Source: Methanobacteriota archaeon (GTDB taxonomy: Archaea; Thermoplasmatota; Poseidoniia; Poseidoniales; Thalassarchaeaceae). Taken from it: a stretch of 54,047 nt of DNA. Numbering within the stretch: position 1 is the first letter of the stretch; each line of letters starts with the position of its first letter. The translations under genes were made by a program, and so were the position numbers. The notes under the pieces were generated by a model that worked only from the letters and a program-made list of their open reading frames with translations, ran no database searches and had not been told where the DNA came from. Positions 48,336-54,047 of the stretch are shown piece by piece. The DNA is taken from contig NZWD01000008.1 of NCBI GenBank assembly GCA_002698225.1, positions 1 through 54,047 on the forward strand. Direction: 5' to 3'.

Positions 48336-49456
48336 TGCGCTCTCGTGCGGCTATTATCACAGTCATCGCAATTCTCCTTGCTGCAGGAGCTAGTATGGCC
48401 AATCCAGGAGGAAACGGTGATGCAGATCGCGACTACACCTGTGGAGGTTCGTGCCACGGGGATCCGGCCCTGAGTACTCCTTCAGATGGGACAGTCTCAG
48501 TCTCCGTAGACAACATGGCATTCACTGGTACCGCGACAGCAGTTCATGTGACTGCGAGCGGAATGAGCCTCTCAGGAAACCGACTTTTGGGCGTATTTCT
48601 GCTTGGCTCGATTGATGGAAATGGAGATCACCCCGAGGACCATGGCTGGAGCATAGTCCAGGACCCCAACGGTGGCTCTCGCAACTATGTCGAAGTAGTA
48701 GTGCCACCAAGTGGCTCAGTAACTCTGACTTGGGTAATGCTAGCCCCACAGACTACCGGCTCCGTCAATCTGTTCGTGGAAACTCATCATGGCTCCAATC
48801 CGAACAGCAACAATTGGGCTTACTCGGGCCTCACGAGAGGATATACGGTTGATGTCCAACCAGTTCCGGAGAACCTTCCAGGCTTCGCATTTGATTGGAA
48901 ACCGGAGACCAGAGTTACCGGAGACGACAATCCCACAGTAATCAGGACGACCAACACCACTTCGGTTTCGGTCCAGTGGATGCTCGAGAACGAGTGGATT
49001 CCCCACGATGCTGTGGTGACTGGAGAAGGCGACGAATGGCTCGCTCAGATTCCTGCTACCATAGGAGATACGAGAATCCAGTATCAGGTGACGACATCGA
49101 ATGGTGACTTCTCGATAACCCAACCGTGGTTGACTGTAGCAACACAACCTGCACCATTCGATGGTGACATATGGGATGCGAGACTGCAAGGCCTCGCCCT
49201 TGCTCTCTTGGTCACTGCATTCCTATTATCCTTGCAAGCCAGACTGTCTCCTTGGAAGGGCGGACCCGCGGAGGATATGACCTCAGAGGTTGAGGCAGAA
49301 ACTGCTCCACCCGAGCCGCCCGGCCTAGAGCCTGAGGAACCTGATGAGTACTGGTCTAGACTGGTTCCGTCTGAGGATAACCCCGGCTGGCTTTGGGATC
49401 CGGTTGAGGAAGATTGGGTAGCGGATCCGCAGAACCCGCCAGTAGGTGATGAGTGA
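48335..49456 (+). CDS. Membrane-anchored surface protein with CxxxCH and Reeler-like domain
   Basis: Signal peptide, TCGGSCH, beta-rich domain (W.APQTTGSV.L), TM near the C-terminus, acidic tail with PGWLWD; TGATG overlap with the upstream gene. Confidence 0.75.
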   Translation: MRSRAAIITVIAILLAAGASMANPGGNGDADRDYTCGGSCHGDPALSTPSDGTVSVSVDNMAFTGTATAVHVTASGMSLSGNRLLGVFLLGSIDGNGDHPEDHGWSIVQDPNGGSRNYVEVVVPPSGSVTLTWVMLAPQTTGSVNLFVETHHGSNPNSNNWAYSGLTRGYTVDVQPVPENLPGFAFDWKPETRVTGDDNPTVIRTTNTTSVSVQWMLENEWIPHDAVVTGEGDEWLAQIPATIGDTRIQYQVTTSNGDFSITQPWLTVATQPAPFDGDIWDARLQGLALALLVTAFLLSLQARLSPWKGGPAEDMTSEVEAETAPPEPPGLEPEEPDEYWSRLVPSEDNPGWLWDPVEEDWVADPQNPPVGDE

Positions 49457-50058
49457 TGTTTGGTGCAGCAACATTCCATGCCGCCATGGCTGAGATTGTA
49501 GTAGGTTCAATGGTTTTGGCGAGCCTGTGTGCACTGGGTTGCGCTGCTGGTAGCATTTTCCCAAATCTCCTGGGAGCCAGACTGGCATCTGAGAGGATGA
49601 TGCTGACCATGGACAAGGCATCCATTGCCGGTGCTTGCCTAGGTCTAGCCTTCATTCCAATAGCTGCCCTAAGTGGCTCGTTCGCTGCCGACAATACTGT
49701 CACTAACGGCCTGCTGTACAACAAATTCGTTTACACCGGACTTGCTACTGGCTTTTGGGCCGCTTTCGTAATCGGCAGAATCAGACTCGGTCCCGGATTG
49801 TGGGAGCACCGCTCACTTAGCGCTCTGCAGGGAGTGACTGCTGCAATGGCCATCCTGATGACTACCATGGTTTCCTCGATTGGCGGCAAGTTGGTTCGAG
49901 GCGAGTCGCTGTTCGACATCATGCCAATCTGGCTGCCTTCCGATTCAGCCACAGTCCTGAACCCAATAGTGTCGATTGTGCTGATGCTAATCGGAACGGG
50001 TTCGCTATTCGCAGTGCTCAAACTCGGCCCGAAGGCCGAGAGGATAGAGACCGACTAG
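49456..50058 (+). CDS. DUF2231-like integral membrane protein
   Basis: About 5 TM helices, N-terminal FHAAM, A.LSG, SIGGKLV.G; TGATG overlap with the upstream gene. Confidence 0.6.
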   Translation: MFGAATFHAAMAEIVVGSMVLASLCALGCAAGSIFPNLLGARLASERMMLTMDKASIAGACLGLAFIPIAALSGSFAADNTVTNGLLYNKFVYTGLATGFWAAFVIGRIRLGPGLWEHRSLSALQGVTAAMAILMTTMVSSIGGKLVRGESLFDIMPIWLPSDSATVLNPIVSIVLMLIGTGSLFAVLKLGPKAERIETD

Positions 50059-50801
50059 CCTTCTCTCTGTTCCTCGTCGTCCTCATCAGGGATGTTGGAC
50101 TCTTCGTCCTCGTCATCCCACTCATCGGACTCGTCCTCGTCATCCCACTCATCGGACTCGTCCCAGACATCCTCATGCTCATCATGAACGCCCATCTGCA
50201 TCAGCATCATGTCAGTGCATGATTCCACTAGGGGCTCAAGGCCCATCAATAGCTGAGACATTGCATCGTGACTGAGGAAATTCCCTTCCTCGTTCCCATC
50301 TTCATCGTAGGTGATTATCTCAAACCCTTCCTCACCTTCATGAATATCTCCGGTATTCTCCCAGAATGTCGAATACACATGCTGGTCGCACCACATTTCT
50401 GCCATTTCGACTAGAATCTCGGGGGCGATGCCCATGCCGCCTCTGCGGTCACGATCCATTCCCTCAGGGCCGCGCTCACGGTCCCAATCGCGAACATTCA
50501 TCTCAGGCCTGTCTTCATCCCAGTCTCCTCTGTCTGTCCGCATCATTTCGAGCTGTCTGCAAGCCTCAGCATCGCCATCTTCGCAGGCTATGCCTAATCT
50601 ATCTAGATTCATGTCATCGTTAGCACGGTCATCCCCACGAGCATCATCGGAGGGCTCGCGCTCATCACTATCGGCGGAGTTAGGTCCGCCGTCATCACCC
50701 AGCGCTCCAGCTCCGAGTATAACCGAAGCGAACAGTAGGAAACCTACGGTCAGTGTAGCCTTGGTGGTTGTATCTGCAGTTGTATTAGACATATCGTCCA
50801 T
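50055..50801 (-). CDS. Hypothetical membrane-anchored acidic protein
   Basis: N-terminal TM, D/R-rich low-complexity segments, D/E tail with repeats. Confidence 0.6.
   Translation of the reverse strand: MDDMSNTTADTTTKATLTVGFLLFASVILGAGALGDDGGPNSADSDEREPSDDARGDDRANDDMNLDRLGIACEDGDAEACRQLEMMRTDRGDWDEDRPEMNVRDWDRERGPEGMDRDRRGGMGIAPEILVEMAEMWCDQHVYSTFWENTGDIHEGEEGFEIITYDEDGNEEGNFLSHDAMSQLLMGLEPLVESCTDMMLMQMGVHDEHEDVWDESDEWDDEDESDEWDDEDEESNIPDEDDEEQREG
50104..50163. repeat. 27-bp tandem repeat (about 2.2 copies)
   Basis: TCGTCCTCGTCATCCCACTCATCGGAC twice plus a partial copy; encodes ESDEWDDED repeats on the minus strand. Confidence 0.9.
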
Positions 50802-50857
50802 GAAACACGCTCTCGTGTTTGTTATTTCAATGGATTCCGAGTATGTTCATGTATCGC

Positions 50858-52087
50858 TTAATGTATTGAGTCTATGATTTCAGTCAGTTTACGACAGTGA
50901 TCCTCAGGACTGAGTCCCAATTCGGCAATTCGACTCCTCCCTGCCTCTGCCCATTGTTCTCGGATTTCTAATTCGCTAACCTTCTCCAACCAAGTATGCC
51001 ATTCCGAGATATCATTACGGGCAATCAATCGCCCATTCACGCCGTCGACTATAGAGTCCCTGAAGCCCCCTTCATCGACGAACAAGGCGGGCGTACCAAT
51101 CGAGAATGCCTCGATTGGAGTCAGGCCGAATGGCTCGCCATGTGCCATGCTAACTACAGCTCTAGCTCCTCGCATTAGAGCTGCCATCTCAGATGAGTCA
51201 AGGCGTGGAGCCACCCATAGCTTTACTCCGCAATTCTTTGCATGCTGAGATAGCCTGTAGATATCATCCTCATCCCCTCCACCAACATGAGCCAAAGCTA
51301 GTCCAGTGTCGGCCAGCATCGATATCGTCTCCCAAGTTCCTTTGGCTAAGCCGGCCCTACCCACACTGACAACATAATCACCATTCAAATGGCTAGGCGG
51401 CGATTCATGGGGGCCGGCTTCGACGGGGAATTCTGTTGTGACTACACTAGGATACAGCACACCTGCCTCCAAGCCGTAGATCTCTGAAATCCTAGCAGCC
51501 GTATAATTCGAGTTTCCGCTGATTGCCGAACTAGGTCTGTCTGCCAGAGATTTGACCGCCCCCAAGTCTCCTCTCCTAGCCTTAGTGAGAAGAGCCCTTG
51601 TAAGTCCGAGGCTGCGCTTCGGAGTCCCATCTATCTCTCTGTGCAGCACATCCTCGTGTAGGCCACGATGCGGCTCGAGCAGATACAGGTGGATGGCAGA
51701 ATCTCGAGGAATCATTTCCAGTAAATCTAGACTACCATCTCCGCTGACTAAGTGAATGGCGTCACAATCGTTGATTGCCTCTTCCAAACTAGGACATGAC
51801 TTCCACGCCTTGGAAGCACTGCTCGACCCTGTATCCATAATTCTAGAGATTGGGTCCTCTGGCATCTGCCATACTTTCTCAGGGCGAATTAGATCAATAC
51901 CGAGTTGTAAGCACACTTGCTCCAACTCAGGTACTGGACTGAGAGTGGCTACAGTGACTTTGAACGACTTGGCGAGGGCTGGGATGTTGCGTAAAAGGTC
52001 TCTTTCAGCACCCCCGAAGGCTCCGAAACTGCCCTTTGCGATGAGCAATTTGCCGCCATGACCAACCTGCTCGCGATTTCCCTCCAT
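50858..52087 (-). CDS. Glycosyltransferase family 4
   Basis: FGGAER, NSNYTA, SVGR..KG, EPFGLTPIEA (EX7E). Confidence 0.88.
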   Translation of the reverse strand: MEGNREQVGHGGKLLIAKGSFGAFGGAERDLLRNIPALAKSFKVTVATLSPVPELEQVCLQLGIDLIRPEKVWQMPEDPISRIMDTGSSSASKAWKSCPSLEEAINDCDAIHLVSGDGSLDLLEMIPRDSAIHLYLLEPHRGLHEDVLHREIDGTPKRSLGLTRALLTKARRGDLGAVKSLADRPSSAISGNSNYTAARISEIYGLEAGVLYPSVVTTEFPVEAGPHESPPSHLNGDYVVSVGRAGLAKGTWETISMLADTGLALAHVGGGDEDDIYRLSQHAKNCGVKLWVAPRLDSSEMAALMRGARAVVSMAHGEPFGLTPIEAFSIGTPALFVDEGGFRDSIVDGVNGRLIARNDISEWHTWLEKVSELEIREQWAEAGRSRIAELGLSPEDHCRKLTEIIDSIH

Positions 52088-52137
52088 GTTGACCCATCTC
52101 CCGCCCTCGTTTAAGTCCGATACGCCTTGGTGGCCAC

Positions 52138-53226
52138 ATGGTAAGGCGGGTAATGCTTGCCAGAGGTGGCGCCCTGCCTGAGAGCACGGGGTTGGGGAGG
52201 GCGCATTTTGCTGCTGAGTCACTGCTCGAACGGGCTCTAGTTACTGGATGGATTAGAACCGGGACGATTGAGCACCGAATCAGAACCTCTCCCCTGAGTC
52301 GCCTGTACTCCAGGTGGAGTAGTCACTCGAGATTGGTCGCCCGTACGATCGAGGAGTCTGATGCTGACCTGCTACACATCACCGATCAAGAGCAGGCGCA
52401 TCTGGTGCCACAGGGGTGCAAGGTGCCTGTGGTAGTCACGGTACACGACCTGTTCCACCTCAAACCACGCTCAATCAAGGCCGGCGAGGACAGGGTCACG
52501 GTAGGGGAGCAAAATCCCGGTTTTATTCGTCGCAGAGATCTCAGGAGACTACGACAAGGACTGGAGAGGGCAGACCTACTCATCTGTATTTCAGAGATGA
52601 CTCGCAGGGATGTCGAGTCTCTGTTCCCGGGCAAGCCAACCGCCTTGGTCCGCCATCAAGTCGATGTTGAGTACTGGGACCCGGAAGGTAATCCACGCTC
52701 TCGTGAACTCATCGTCGAGCATGACGACGACACCAAGTGCATGCTAGTGACTGTAGGAAGCGACGAGCCGAGGAAGAGACTAGACTTCGTCAACGAGGTT
52801 CTGGACAATCTACCCGAGGATGTCGCCGAAGACATACGCATGCTCCACATCGGTAGCGAAGTCAAACTGGAGGACGAGCAACTCGTAGCCGCGTTGCAGC
52901 ACGCAGAGGCATTGCTGTTTCCCAGCATCTCTGAGGGCTTCGGATACCCTCCTGTTGAGGCCATGGCGGCAGGATGTCCAGTACTTGCAGCCGACCTCCC
53001 TGCTCACAACGAGGTGATTCCGAAGGATTGCCTGCTACCTTCTGCGGATGTATCTGCCTGGGTCCATGGCATTGTGAAGATTCACGCAGCTTGGAAGCGG
53101 GCGGGAGGTGTTCCGCGTAACCCTCAGGAATCATTGATTGAGCATGTCAGGGAGAATCTCAGTCCCGAGGCACAGGGAGAGGCGCTTTCAAGGGCCTATG
53201 CAGCGGTTTTACCACCATCAGACTAA
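52138..53226 (+). CDS. Glycosyltransferase family 4
   Basis: TVHDL, ISE.T..D, PRK, FPSISEGFGYPPVEAMAAGCPV. Confidence 0.9.
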   Translation: MVRRVMLARGGALPESTGLGRAHFAAESLLERALVTGWIRTGTIEHRIRTSPLSRLYSRWSSHSRLVARTIEESDADLLHITDQEQAHLVPQGCKVPVVVTVHDLFHLKPRSIKAGEDRVTVGEQNPGFIRRRDLRRLRQGLERADLLICISEMTRRDVESLFPGKPTALVRHQVDVEYWDPEGNPRSRELIVEHDDDTKCMLVTVGSDEPRKRLDFVNEVLDNLPEDVAEDIRMLHIGSEVKLEDEQLVAALQHAEALLFPSISEGFGYPPVEAMAAGCPVLAADLPAHNEVIPKDCLLPSADVSAWVHGIVKIHAAWKRAGGVPRNPQESLIEHVRENLSPEAQGEALSRAYAAVLPPSD

Positions 53227-53272
53227 GCTATGACAAACAATAGGTTATAGGTGACTTGTTTACCGTTTATTC

Positions 53273-53983
53273 GTGCTTCAAGTCGTAGACTTGCGCAAGG
53301 GCTTCGGTTCTGGAAGAAACAGACTCGAGGTACTCAAAGGAATCGACCTAGAGATGAAACCCGGCGAGTTGGTTGCCTTAATGGGGCCATCTGGATGCGG
53401 CAAGTCGACCCTGCTGAATATCATCGGTGGACTGCTCAATGCAGACTCTGGCTCAATCTCACTTGAGAGTTTCAACTACGGGACAAAAAGTGCGAGCCGA
53501 GTGGTAGATGTTAGGAGGAGAGGAGTAGGCTGGATCTTCCAGGACTTCCACCTAATTGACAGACTCAGCGCCCTCGACAATGTGATTTTCTCCTTGGAGT
53601 TGGCCGGGGTACCCTCCGCTGAAGCAGAAGAACAGGCTCGAGATGCCTTGGACAAAGTAGGCTTGTCAGACCGCTTGGAATTCATCCCGGACCAACTATC
53701 GGGAGGTCAGCAACAGAGGGTTGCTATCGCCAGGGCGATTGCCGGTTCGCGCCCCCTGCTCTTAGCTGATGAACCGACAGGAAATCTCGATGTGAAGAGT
53801 GGGCAGGAGATAATCGACCTATTCAAGCGTCTGTGCGAGCAGGACGGCATGTCCATTCTGATGGTCACCCACGATCCCACGCTAGCCTCGATGGCCGACA
53901 GAATGCTGCTACTCAAGGACGGTGTCACTGCAGCGTCTGACATCCGATCGGCTTGGGGTGTAGACACGGAGGCCGGAGAATGA
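53273..53983 (+). CDS. ABC transporter ATP-binding protein (LolD/SalX type)
   Basis: GPSGCGKST, IFQDFHL, LSGGQQQRVAIARA, LLADEPTGNLD, VTHD. Confidence 0.93.
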   Translation: MLQVVDLRKGFGSGRNRLEVLKGIDLEMKPGELVALMGPSGCGKSTLLNIIGGLLNADSGSISLESFNYGTKSASRVVDVRRRGVGWIFQDFHLIDRLSALDNVIFSLELAGVPSAEAEEQARDALDKVGLSDRLEFIPDQLSGGQQQRVAIARAIAGSRPLLLADEPTGNLDVKSGQEIIDLFKRLCEQDGMSILMVTHDPTLASMADRMLLLKDGVTAASDIRSAWGVDTEAGE

Positions 53984-54047
53984 AAGAACGCTTCCTCTCT
54001 ATGCCTGACAACTTCCTGATGGCAGTCAAGAGTGCTTGGAGAGGAAG
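53980..54047 (+). CDS. Probable ABC permease N-terminus (3'-truncated)
   Basis: ATGA overlap with the ATPase stop; MKERFLSMPDNFLMAVKSAWRG is open to the window end. Function inferred from position only. Confidence 0.45.
   Translation, partial: MKERFLSMPDNFLMAVKSAWRG

Overview
Gene-dense, streamlined archaeal chromosome segment. The gene content (aEF-1alpha, aIF5B, L7Ae/S28e/L24e, GINS, PolB, deoxyhypusine synthase, GGR, a PGF-CTERM protein) mixed with bacterial-type genes (UvrB, DusB, Csp, PepC, Hc1-like) best fits Marine Group II Euryarchaeota (Ca. Poseidoniales); this is inferred, not searched. It holds about 53 CDS and two tRNAs (Leu-CAA, Ile-GAT). I saw no rRNA, CRISPR array, integrase or transposase. 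The best candidate for an undescribed system is a translationally coupled three-gene unit at 45693-50058. It encodes two membrane-anchored surface proteins with Reeler-like (choice-of-anchor V) heads carrying non-canonical haem-c-like motifs (CxCH and CxxxCH), plus a DUF2231-like membrane protein. A lone CcmF haem lyase tied to GGR and menaquinone genes lies about 8 kb away. Other highlights: a k-turn covering the SD and AUG of rpl7ae, an unannotated 50-aa ORF divergent from an HxlR regulator with paired operators, a zinc-free L24e, a two-gene insertion splitting the L24e-ndk cluster, an Hc1-like nucleoid protein and a tandem PRC-barrel protein. All family calls come from motif recognition by eye, with no database searches.
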